DNA of 63,085 nucleotides, filler included, from Octopus bimaculoides (taxonomy: Eukaryota): assembly GCF_001194135.2 (NCBI RefSeq). It is 6 parts of 6 records of this genome, joined end to end, with 100 filler letters (N's around TTAATTAATTAA, not from the genome) between each part and the next. Parts side by side here need not be neighbours in the genome. Positions count along the whole stretch, not along the records: positions 15,869 to 29,606 come from NC_069010.1; positions 29,707 to 37,445 come from NC_068982.1; positions 37,546 to 52,579 come from NC_068993.1; 3 more parts are not named here. One strand, given 5' to 3'. A model generated the notes under the pieces. The model ran no database searches and had not been told where the DNA came from. It saw nothing but the letters and a program-made list of their open reading frames with translations. How positions within the stretch are numbered: position 1 is the stretch's first letter; each line of letters opens with the position of its first letter. A program made the translations under genes and the position numbers. Positions 27,329-37,871 of the stretch are shown piece after piece.

Positions 27329-27516
27329 CTACATATGTATATCATCATCATCATCATCGTTTAACGTCCGCTTTCCAGGCTAGCATGGGTTGGACGATTT
27401 GACTGAGGACTGGTGAACCAGATGGCTACACGAGACTCCAATCTGATTTGGCAGAGTTTCTACAGCTGGATGCCCTTCCTAACGCCAACCACTCCGAGAG
27501 TGTAGTGGGTGCTTTT

Positions 27517-27886
27517 CATCACGAAAATGCTCCAGCCCACACCTCAGTGGCTGCCATGCCGACAATTCGTGATTGTGGATATGAACTTCTTCCCCGTCTG
27601 CCTTAATTCACCAGATTTATCTCCCATTGACTGTCATCTATACCCAAAAATGAAAAAAGCCCTGGCCTGTTGCCATTTTGCCAGTGACAATGAAATCATA
27701 GATGCTGTAGGAAGTTTCTTGGAGTCTCAAACAAAAGAGTTCCTCTACTCTAGGATAATGGCGCTTCAGCACCGCTGGAGAAAGTGATCAGCCATGGAGG
27801 GGGGACTCTGTTGAAAAATAAATCATGAGAAGTCTTGTACCATGTTTTGTTTTTTTAGGCTCAAGACTTTTCATACACTCCTCGTA
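27517..27886 (+). mobile_element. Mariner (DD34D) transposase 3' fragment with right terminal repeat
   Basis: HHENAPAH...SPDLSPIDCHLYPKMKKAL...HFASDNEIIDAV...LQHRWRK*...GDSVEK*, then ...gacttttcatacactcctcg followed by TA. Confidence 0.9.
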
Positions 27887-28581
27887 CATGTGTCTTGCAA
27901 ACAACTTGCACATGCAAGTGCTACCAGTCAAGAATTCCGCATACCGGAAGCCAGCAAGTGTATGGGGTCATGAGGAGAGAATGCGTATATATATATATAT
28001 ATATNNNNNNNNNNNNNNNNNNNNNNNNNNNNNNNNNNNNNNNNNNNNNNNNNNNNNNNNNNNNNNNNNNNNNNNNNNNNNNNNNNNNNNNNNNNNNNNN
28101 NNNNNNNNNNNNNNNNNNNNNNNNNNNNNNNNNNNNNNNNNNNNNNNNNNNNNNNNNNNNNNNNNNNNNNNNNNNNNNNNNNNNNNNNNNNNNNNNNNNN
28201 NNNNNNNNNNNNNNNNNNNNNNNNNNNNNNNNNNNNNNNNNNNNNNNNNNNNNNNNNNNNNNNNNNNNNNNNNNNNNNNNNNNNNNNNNNNNNNNNNNNN
28301 NNNNNNNNNNNNNNNNNNNNNNNNNNNNNNNNNNNNNNNNNNNNNNNNNNNNNNNNNNNNNNNNNNNNNNNNNNNNNNNNNNNNNNNNNNNNNNNNNNNN
28401 NNNNNACACGTAAAAGTACCCACTACACTCTCGGAGTGGTTGGCGTTAGGAAGGGCATCGAGCTGTAGAAACTCTGCCTAATCAGATTGGAGCCTGGTGT
28501 AGCCATCTGGATTCACCAGTCCTCAGTCAAATCGTCCAACCCATGCTAGCATGGAAAGCGGACGTTAAACGATGATGATGA

Positions 28582-28624
<43 letters not shown>

Positions 28625-29707
28625 CGTGTGTGTGTGTACATATACATACAGTTTGTTGTGGCTTTTCACATCCCTGAGTTCAAATCTCACGGAGGTCAAG
28701 TGTGTTATTCATTCTTTCGAGGGGGATAAAATAAATGTCCAGTGATGTGCTGCGATTGATATAAATGACTATATCCCCCCTCCCCTCAAAACTGTTGGCT
28801 TTGTCGCTGAATGGGAATCAATTACTTATCTAAAGGTAATTAGCATTAATTGCAGCTGTGTTAATTATCTTACATAACGATCTTCAAAGCTGCATTGACG
28901 TCTCCTCCCACCCACACTCACTCTACCCGCTCACATCATCATCATCATCATCAGCACCATCACCATCATCATCATCAGCACCACGGTCACTCACTACTGA
29001 TACCAACATCATCATCATCATCACCATCATCGTAGTCATCATCTTCATCATGGTGATCACCACTACTGCTGTGATTGTCATCACCACCATGCTCAACAGC
29101 ATCATTATCATCAGTGTCATAAGCTACCCATCATCACCTTAACCAGCATCATCATCATCATCATCATTATCACCACCACCACCACCACCATCATGGTCAT
29201 CGTCGTCATCATCAACATCATCACCATCGTCATCATCACCACCACCACCACCATCATCATCATCAACACCATTATTATCGTCACCATCCCCCTCCTCTTC
29301 TTCCTCCTCCTCCTCATCCTCATCATCATCATCACCACTGCCATCTTCGTATGCCATGATATATTTCCCCCCCTCCTCCCCCCACATTATCATTAAACTT
29401 CTTCTTCCCTGGGGTCAATTGTTTCTTTTATCCTAAAACAGTCGATGAAATGTATAGCAGACAGGGATGTGTGTGTGTGTGTGTTTGTAAGAGAGAGTGA
29501 AAGTTCTTGTGTCTTACATCCATTTTTCCATGTTGGCATATATGTGCATATCTACACACACACACACACACACATACACACATACACACACACACACACA
29601 CACACANNNNNNNNNNNNNNNNNNNNNNNNNNNNNNNNNNNNNNNNNNNNTTAATTAATTAANNNNNNNNNNNNNNNNNNNNNNNNNNNNNNNNNNNNNN
29701 NNNNNNG

Positions 29708-29931
29708 GCTTGTGCGGGTGGCACATAAAAGACACCATTTCGAGCGTGGCCGTTTTCGTGCGGGTGACACGTAAAAGCACCCACTACACTCTCTGAGTGG
29801 TTGGTGTTAGGAAGGGCATCCAGCTGTAGAAACTCTGCCAAATCAGACTGGAGCCTGGTGTTGCCATCCGGTTTCACCAGTCCTCAGTCAAATCGTCCAA
29901 CCCATGCTAGCATGGAAAGCGGACGTTAAAC

Positions 29932-29965
<34 letters not shown>
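29708..29965 (+). mobile_element. RTE 3'-UTR-derived repeat with (GAT)n tail, representative copy. Others at about 22560-22748(+), 26875-26990(-), 27345-27516(-), 28407-28585(+), 30752-30888(+), 34755-35300(-), 62790-63085(+).
   Basis: Shared sequence ...aagcacccactacactctc(t/g)gagtggttggcgttaggaagggcatccagctgtagaaac...gcatggaaagcggacgttaaacgatgatg. It matches the 3' UTR of the RTE at 51105, so these are truncated LINEs or an RTE-borne SINE. Confidence 0.85.
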
Positions 29966-30280
29966 CAAGAGCCACAAAATGCAACTCAGCACATTCTTTC
30001 AAATAATTCCATTACACAAATTAACCATTTTGATACCAAGATTCTGCTGAAGTCTACCTTTATTTCTATGTTACTCTCTTCCTGTTTTAAAGTGATCTAA
30101 ATTAAAACTTTCAATCAAAATTTCATGCTAATTCATGTTCCAAATACTGGGTTAATAATGAGTTATTTTACAAAATTTTTTGTAATTTTCAAAATTAGTT
30201 GAAACAAAGGCACGTAAAAGCACCCATGCTGGAGCTACATAAAAAGCACCCAGTACGTTCTGTAAAATGGTTAGCATCAA

Positions 30281-30494
30281 CCCTTTCATTACTGTATTTA
30301 TTTTGAGATGCTTTGTGTTTCTTTCAATTATTTTAAATATAACAAAGAATTTAGTAAAATAACTTAGTTATCATTCAGCTGGGAACATAAATTGTGACTA
30401 AGGTTTGGTGGAAGATTTTAATTCAAAACTTATGAAAACAAGACATTTGTACTCAGAGCCAGTACCAGTTTCAGGCAGGTTGGTATCAAAAGGG
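30281..30494. mobile_element. piggyBac-type MITE, copy 1
   Basis: Begins CCCTTT, ends AAAGGG followed by TTAA; the left TTAA has decayed to TCAA. Internally near-identical to copy 2. Confidence 0.7.
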
Positions 30495-30526
30495 TTAAGA
30501 ATTGTTTCTCTATTATATATTTTAAA

Positions 30527-30747
30527 CCCTTTTGTTACCATATTTCTGTTGAGACACTCTGTGTTTCTTTCAATTAATTTTAAATATAACAAAGAATTTA
30601 GTAAAATAACTTAGTTATCATTGAGCTAGTGTTAGGAACATAAATTGTGACTAAGGTTTGGTGGAAGATTTTAATTCAGAACTTATGAAAACAAGACATT
30701 TGTACTCAGAGCCAGAGGTGGTTTCAGCCGGGTTGGTAACGAAAGGG
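30527..30747. mobile_element. piggyBac-type MITE, copy 2. Related decayed copies at ~30020-30200 (reverse) and ~20560-20960.
   Basis: TIR CCCTTTTGTTACCA / TGGTAACGAAAGGG (14 bp, 1 mismatch), with TTAA at or next to both ends. Confidence 0.8.
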
Positions 30748-30894
30748 TTAAGACAGGCATCCAGCTGTAGAAACCATACCAAAACAGACAATTTGAGCCT
30801 GGTGCAGCCCTCTAGTATACCAGCACCTGTCAAACTGTCCAACCCATGCCAGCATGGAAAACGGATGTCAGATGATGATGATGATGATAGAAAG

Positions 30895-31130
30895 CAAGGT
30901 ATTTCAACTGACATCTGGTAAGAAAAGTAGCAAATGGCAGGACGGATTGACCAACAAAGAAGTGATGCTGCAAGTAAAGAGTGCCAGTATGGAAGGGTAG
31001 CACAAGTGATGCATGACTGACACCAGACTTCCTAAGCTAGTCTTTTCTGCTGAGCTGCAAAAAGGAACCCAATGATAGGAAGGCAAGAAACAAGCAATAT
31101 GAATATCAGCTCAAGAACAGATTAAGATAA
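30895..31130 (+). mobile_element. RTE/BovB-like fragment, decayed
   Basis: WQDGLTNKEVM...MTDTRLPKLVFSAELQKG motif. Confidence 0.6.
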
Positions 31131-32359
31131 TGCAAGATAATCTAAAACCAGAGGAAAGAAATGGCAAAAGAAAAGATTGACTGGTACTTAATCATAACCA
31201 TCATCATCATCATTTGACATTTGTCTTCGATGTAGGCATGGGTTGGATGGTTTGATGAGATCCAGTGAGCCAGAGGACTTCTTTGAGCTCAAGTATGTCT
31301 TGTGTTATGTTTTCTACGGCTGCATTGCTCTTTCTAACACTTAACATAAGGTATTGAGTGCTTTTTTTTATAACTCTGGCATTAGTGAAACCATTAAGTG
31401 TCTTGCAAGACAAAAACAAATCCTTTGATTGAGAAGGGATTTTGTAGAAAGGAGGAGATGGACGTTTATCAGGTGTTGAGGGGCTAAAGTTTGGTAGAGG
31501 GACAGGCAGAGGTGTATTGCTAAAGAGGAGATACATGGTTACCCCGTGTTATATAAGAGTTGGTGGGAGTAACTGGAAAGATGACATTGATGGGGTGTCA
31601 AGATACAAGAAGGTGAATATAAATGAGAACAAGAACGGAGGGTCAGGAAAGGTTGAGGGGTAAGTTCATTAGAGTGTGAAAGGAGGCTGACAAAGGATTA
31701 GAAATGAGTGTAGGGATGACTGTAGTGAATGGAACAAGAGTGGAGGTGTTGTTGAGGGTAAATATCAGAATCATGAGGGCAAGGTGAAAGAATAGGAGTG
31801 GCCCAGGAAGGAGGTGGGAATAAGTGACACTACAGGAAGGGAAGAGTGCAGTAGAATAACAAACTTGTGGGTAAGAAGATTACTATTTTTAAATCTCACA
31901 ATGAGAGATATTCAGCCAAAGTACTTTGGAGTAAAGATTGTTTGCCAATATAACATGGCACTCCTGGTTTAGGACTAATGTTGCTGTAATTTAGCCCCAG
32001 GAGACATTGTCTCCGGCTGGCCATACGACACGATCTGTGTCCTATTTTCAGAACCATGTGGTTGGTAAGGAAGCTACTTACCACACAGCCACTCCTGCGC
32101 CTATGGTGAAATGGTGAAAATATAAATAATATTTACCAATGAGATATCTGAAAAATTTCAGTAAAATGCAATAGGTTTTCTTCAAGATTCCTTCAATTAT
32201 TTCATGACTGTATGATAAGAAGTTTACTTCTGGGTTCAGTTTGACTATGTGGCACCTTGGACAAATGTCTTCTGTTATAGCCATGGGCCAACCAAAACCT
32301 TGTGAGTGGATTTGGTGGCCAGAAACTGAAAGAAGCCTATTGTATATATATATATATAT

Positions 32360-32656
32360 AATGAAGCCAGTATGCTCCGTTGGATGTGTAATGTCAATGT
32401 GAATACCCGTCAGAGTGTAAGTATCTTGAGAGAAAAGGTGAACATTAGAAGCATCAGTTGTGGCGTGCAAGAGAGACGATTGCGCTGGTATGGACATGTG
32501 GTGAGAATGGAGGAGGATAGCTGCGTGAAAAAGTGCCACACCCTAACAGTTGAGGGAACCCGTGGAAGAGGTAGGCCCAGGAAGACCTGGGCTGAGGTGG
32601 TGAGGCAAGACCTTCGTACATTGGGCCTCACCGAGGCGATGACTACGGACCGAGAC
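32360..32656 (+). mobile_element. RTE-clade LINE ORF 3' fragment
   Basis: EASMLRWMCNV...VQERRLRWYGHVVRM...VEGTRGRGRPRKTW, the typical RTE C-terminus. Ends at a gap. Confidence 0.9.
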
Positions 32657-33242
32657 NNNNNNNNNNNNNNNNNNNNNNNNNNNNNNNNNNNNNNNNNNNN
32701 NNNNNNNNNNNNNNNNNNNNNNNNNNNNNNNNNNNNNNNNNNNNNNNNNNNNNNNNNNNNNNNNNNNNNNNNNNNNNNNNNNNNNNNNNNNNNNNNNNNN
32801 NNNNNNNNNNNNNNNNNNNNNNNNNNNNNNNNNNNNNNNNNNNNNNNNNNNNNNNNNNNNNNNNNNNNNNNNNNNNNNNNNNNNNNNNNNNNNNNNNNNN
32901 NNNNNNNNNNNNNNNNNNNNNNNNNNNNNNNNNNNNNNNNNNNNNNNNNNNNNNNNNNNNNNNNNNNNNNNNNNNNNNNNNNNNNNNNNNNNNNNNNNNN
33001 NNNNNNNNNNNNNNNNNNNNNNNNNNNNNNNNNNNNNNNNNNNNNNNNNNNNNNNNNNNNNNNNNNNNNNNNNNNNNNNNNNNNNNNNNNNNNNNNNNNN
33101 NNNNNNNNNNNNNNNNNNNNNNNNNNNNNNNNNNNNNNNNNNNNNNNNNNNNNNNNNNNNNNNNNNNNNNNNNNNNNNNNNNNNNNNNNNNNNNNNNNNN
33201 NNNNNNNNNNNNNNNNNNNNNNNNNNNNNNNNNNNNNNNNNN

Positions 33243-33289
<47 letters not shown>

Positions 33290-33572
33290 TTATGCATGTG
33301 TGTGTCTTTGTGTCTGTGTTTGTCTTCCACCACCACTTGACAACTGGTGCTGGTGTGGTTTACCTCTCTGTAACCTAGCAGCTCAGCAAAAGGAACTGAT
33401 AGAATAAGGCTTAAAATAAAATAACTACTGATGTCAGTTTATTCAACTAAAACTCTTCTAGGTGGTGCTCCAGCATGGCTGCAGTCTAATACTGAAACAA
33501 GTAAAAGATAAAAGATAACAGTTGTTCTGTGAGCTGAAAAAAGTCTAACTAACAAAATCCTTTTTCTTTCAG

Positions 33573-33877
33573 AAATACAATGTACATTGAAGTCGAAATT
33601 CATATTCCTGGAAAACAAAACAAGTAATTGTCGCTCTGTTGAAAAAGTGAAGATATCGTATTGCTCTGGTGAATGTGGTGGAAGCTTTTCTGTACCAAAA
33701 CTTCTCACAGAACAAAAATTCTATAATTATAATGATATCTTTGACAATCAATGCTTATGCTGTCAGAGTAGAACATCGAAAATTAAAGAAGTTATTGCTT
33801 TGTGTGGAGCTGAACAAACTGAAACCGTGATGTATTACCCTGATGTCTGCAGCTGTGAATGTAATCGTTGCAAGTAA
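33573..33877 (+). CDS. Terminal coding exon encoding a C-terminal cystine-knot (CTCK) domain; vWF/gel-forming mucin-like or another secreted cystine-knot protein. Upstream exons not identified.
   Basis: Strong acceptor (tttttctttcag, AG at 33571-33572) with a phase-1 start. Translation xIQCTLKSKFIFLENKTSNCRSVEKVKISYCSGECGGSFSVPK...DNQCLCCQSRTSKIKEVIALCGAEQTETVMYYPDVCSCECNRCK* shows the CTCK pattern C..C..CxGxC..CxCC..C..CxC..C, and the stop (TAA 33875-33877) follows the last Cys. Spacing matches the vWF CK domain (CKSEVEVDIHYCQGKC...CSCC). Confidence 0.85.
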
Positions 33878-36794
33878 AGTAAGTAAGATATTATTGTTAT
33901 TCCTGGTTGAACAGACATGAGAAGAAGGACATTCCATTTGCAATTATCTCCTGTTATTAAGGTGGCAGAATGGCAGAGACATTAGCATGCTAGACAAAAT
34001 GCTTAGCAGCATTTTGTCTGTCTTTATGTTCTGAGTTCAAATTCTGCAGAAATCAGCTTTGCCTTTCATCCTTTCAGGGTCGATAAATTAAGTACCAGTT
34101 GTGTACTGATGTCAATCTAATCGACTGGCCCCCCTCCCCAAAAATTTCAGGCCTTGTGCGTAGAGTAGAAAAGAATTATCTCCTGTTATCTCTTTTTTGT
34201 TTTTCCATAGATTATAATTATCCCAGACTACACTACTTTATATGTTCTTAAAAGATTATAGTGTAGTTTTGGGAGAGATTTTGCTAATGTCTGTGGCATA
34301 TTTTGCTGGAAATTTTCAGTTTTTGCATTTTATATGTATTGCTGTCAAAGAAGTTTGGATAATGAATTTATCCTGATTACAATCTGTTGATGGCTACATT
34401 ACTTACTCATGGGAATAATATTTCTGATTTCTTTTCATTTGCAACACAAGACTCTTTTGTCTGCTACTCTTACAAGCGCCATATTAATCATTTTTCAAAA
34501 ATCTAATTTTATATAGAAATTTTCTTCCATAACTTTTTACAGCCAGACTTAATACTCGTAAAACATCAACAGATGGTCACATTAATCTGATAGCTTCTCA
34601 CTGCATATTATATTATGCACCATTTGTTTGTTTTTTTCTATGGTTTAGTCAGAGGAGAAAGAACCACTTTCATGACATTTGTAGGAACTCTGAGATTGGG
34701 TAGGTTAGAAACCATGACTTGTGGCTTGCTGAAGTTGAAAGCACAGTATTATCATCATCAATTAACGTCTGCTTTCCATGCTAGCATGGGTTGGACGATT
34801 TGACTGGGGACTGGCAAACCAGATGGCTACACCAGACTCCAATCTGATCTGGCAGAGTTTCTACAGCTGGATGCCCTTCCTAACGCCAACCACTCCGACA
34901 TGAGGGCCAATCAGGCGGTACTGGCAATGGCCACGCTCAAATGGTGTTTTTTTTTTACATGCCACCTGCACAGGAGTCAGTCAAATGTTTTGTTCACAAG
35001 CCACCAGCACGAGTGCCAGTAAGGCGAAGCTGGAAATGATCGCGCTCAAATGGTGCTTTTTACGTGCCACCGGCACGGAAGCGAGAGCACTGCTATAACA
35101 ATGATCCCACTCAGATGGTGCTGTTAGTGCTCCACTGGCACAGGTGCCAGTCATCGAATTTGGTTCAGTTTCAATCTCACTTGTCCCAACAGGTCTTCAC
35201 AAGCTGAGTTTAGTGTCCAATGAAAGAAGGTTGGCATGGGTGCCAGTCAATGAATTTGGTTCAATTTTCGATTTCGATTATGATATCCAATAATATTCAG
35301 ACCAGAGAAAAGGTCAAATACTTTCAATTTTGTGGACTCTGCAAGGCAGTGAGCTGGCAGAAACGTTAGCACACCGTGCAAAATACCTAGTGGTATTTCG
35401 TCTGTCTTTATGCTGTGCATTCAAATTCTGCCAAGGTTGACTTTGCCTTTCATCCTTTCAGGGTTGATAAATTAAGTACCAGTTGTGTACTGGGGTTGAT
35501 CTAATTGAATGACACCCCCTTCCCCAAAATTTTGGGCCCTGTCCCTAGAATAGAAAAGAATCTTGTGGACTCTGCAAAAGACACTCAATGGCTGAGTGGT
35601 GATATTAAACCAGATGATCAATTAGGTTTGCTGCTTGAGAAATGGTGTAGATCAGTTGACTTCAGCACAGTTTTTGTCTTATTGAGTTTCCCTTGCACCA
35701 ACCCGAGACTATAATAGAAAACACTTTGCCCATGGTGTCAGGCAATACATAACATTAATGATAAATAATAACAATTACAGAGATGTACTTGCATAGCAAG
35801 TGACCTGATCTGAGATCGTGTGCTGAAACAAAAACAATTGCAGCATGGAAGGTGTTTATAAGCCATTTAAAAACACACACACAAAAACTGTTAAATTCAC
35901 TTCAACATTTAAATTTATTTTGCCAAAATATTTCTCATGCTGCACAGAATGTTGTCAGTGAAGAGGTCATGGTTTCAAAGCGATGAAAATATTTTGACAA
36001 ATTTAATTTAAATACTTGTGTATCTGTATGTGTCTCTTGCCACCACTTGACAACCAGTATTGGTTTGTTTACATTCCCATGACTTAGTGGTTCAGTAAAA
36101 GAGAACAATAGAATAGGCACCAGGATTAACTGAAAATTTTTCAAGGACGGGACCCCACATAGCTATGGATTAATTACTAAAGCAAATAGGATATGATTTG
36201 AAGGGGTAGAAAATAATTATAACAAGAAAGATAGGAGGGAGTACAACTTATATATTTCTTTATTACCCACAGGTGGGTGGGGGCTAAAATAGAGGGGGCA
36301 GACAAAGGGATTAAGTCGATTACATTGATCCCAGTGCGTTACTGGTACTTATTTAATTGACCTCGAAAGGATGAGAGGCAAAGTCGACCTCAGAACGTAA
36401 CAGCAGACGAAATAACACTGGGCAGTTCGCTTGGCATGCTAACGATTCTGCCAGCTCGCCACCATACAATCATGAATATATTTATTTCTTTATTGTCCAG
36501 AAGGGACTAAACATAGAGGGGACAAACAAGGACAGACAAAGAGATTAAGTCGATTACATCAATCCCAGTTTGTAACTGGTACTTATTTAATCGACCCCGA
36601 AAGGATGAAAGGCAAAGTCGACCTCAGTGGAATTTGAACTCAGAACATAACGGCAGACAAAATACCACTAAGCATTTCACCCGGCATGCTAACGATTCTG
36701 CCAGCTCGCTGCCCCGAGGACAACTCATTAGTGAACTAATGAATTGAATTGCAATAATGATTGAACATTTGTCAATCGGTTATTGATTTTGTAG

Positions 36795-36989
36795 GAGATA
36801 TTGCCTCGGATTTTGATATGCATGTGTATCAGCATTGCTATCTTAGATATGAACAAATTCCTCAATGTGAGGGTCATTTAAGGCTTTGCCAACAACAGAA
36901 GAAGCCTAGCCTTTTCAGTGGAGCTTTAACAATGTTATATGAATCAGTTTATCATGAGAAATCAGAGATTATGATGCCTAGTGTTTCTG
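36795..36989 (+). CDS. Candidate internal exon (65 codons, phase 1-1), product unknown
   Basis: Acceptor gattttgtag, donor CTG|gtatgc, 195 nt open frame (GDIASDFDMHVYQHCYLRYEQIPQCEGHLRLCQQQKKPSLFSGALTMLYESVYHEKSEIMMPSVS) in non-repetitive-looking DNA. No family recognised. Confidence 0.3.
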
Positions 36990-37544
36990 GTATGCATGCA
37001 TGAACGTGTGTGTGTGTGTGTGTGTAGATGTGCACATGTGTATGTGTATGAATTTACATGTTTGTATCTGTGTATGGATGTGTGCATGTGTGTGTTTATA
37101 TGTGGATGTTCAGGTGTGTGTGTATGTATTTGCATATGTGTGCATGTGTGCATCTGAATGTGCACACGTATGCAGCCATGTGTGTATGTGCTTTTATGGG
37201 TGTGTATGCAGGTGAACATGTGTGCATGTGTGTATTTATACATGTTCATGTGTGTGTGTCTGTGTGTGTATGCATACATGCGCATGTATGTGTGAGTGTG
37301 TGTACGGATGTGCGCATGTGTGAATATTTGTGTATGTTTATGTGTGTTCATGTGTGTGTATATGTATCTACATGTTTGCATGTGTGCATCTGTATGGGCA
37401 CATGTATGCTGGCATGTTCCTGTGTGTATGGATGTGCATGTGTGCNNNNNNNNNNNNNNNNNNNNNNNNNNNNNNNNNNNNNNNNNNNNTTAATTAATTA
37501 ANNNNNNNNNNNNNNNNNNNNNNNNNNNNNNNNNNNNNNNNNNN

Positions 37545-37871
37545 NGTGACAACCAGGTTTATGCTATTTATTATTGATGTTGTTTTATTGTCTATTTTGA
37601 TTTTGGGGAGATATAATCTGTGGTCCATTCTAAGATCTGTGGTTTTCAGTTCTTCGGTTATTCTCATTTTCATAGTATCGTAATTATTAGATTTCCCTTC
37701 GTTATTCCCAGGCTTTAGATTTGTTTTGCCTTCCTTTTCATTCATATGTTTGTCTGTGGTGTTCTGGATTGGTTGTTTTTGTACACTATTATACATCTCT
37801 ACGGTCTGGGTTTGTTGTTTTTTGTTTACTTCGTTTTTGCCGGAAATGTTACGTTTGTCCTCGTGTTCTGC
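37545..37871 (-). mobile_element. R4/Dong-type pre-RT fragment, apparently interrupted by the LTR element
   Basis: Minus strand ...RLYLPKIKIDNKTTSIINSINLVV; the frame runs up to the LTR start at 37872. A possible continuation at 40947-41060 is weaker. Confidence 0.45.
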
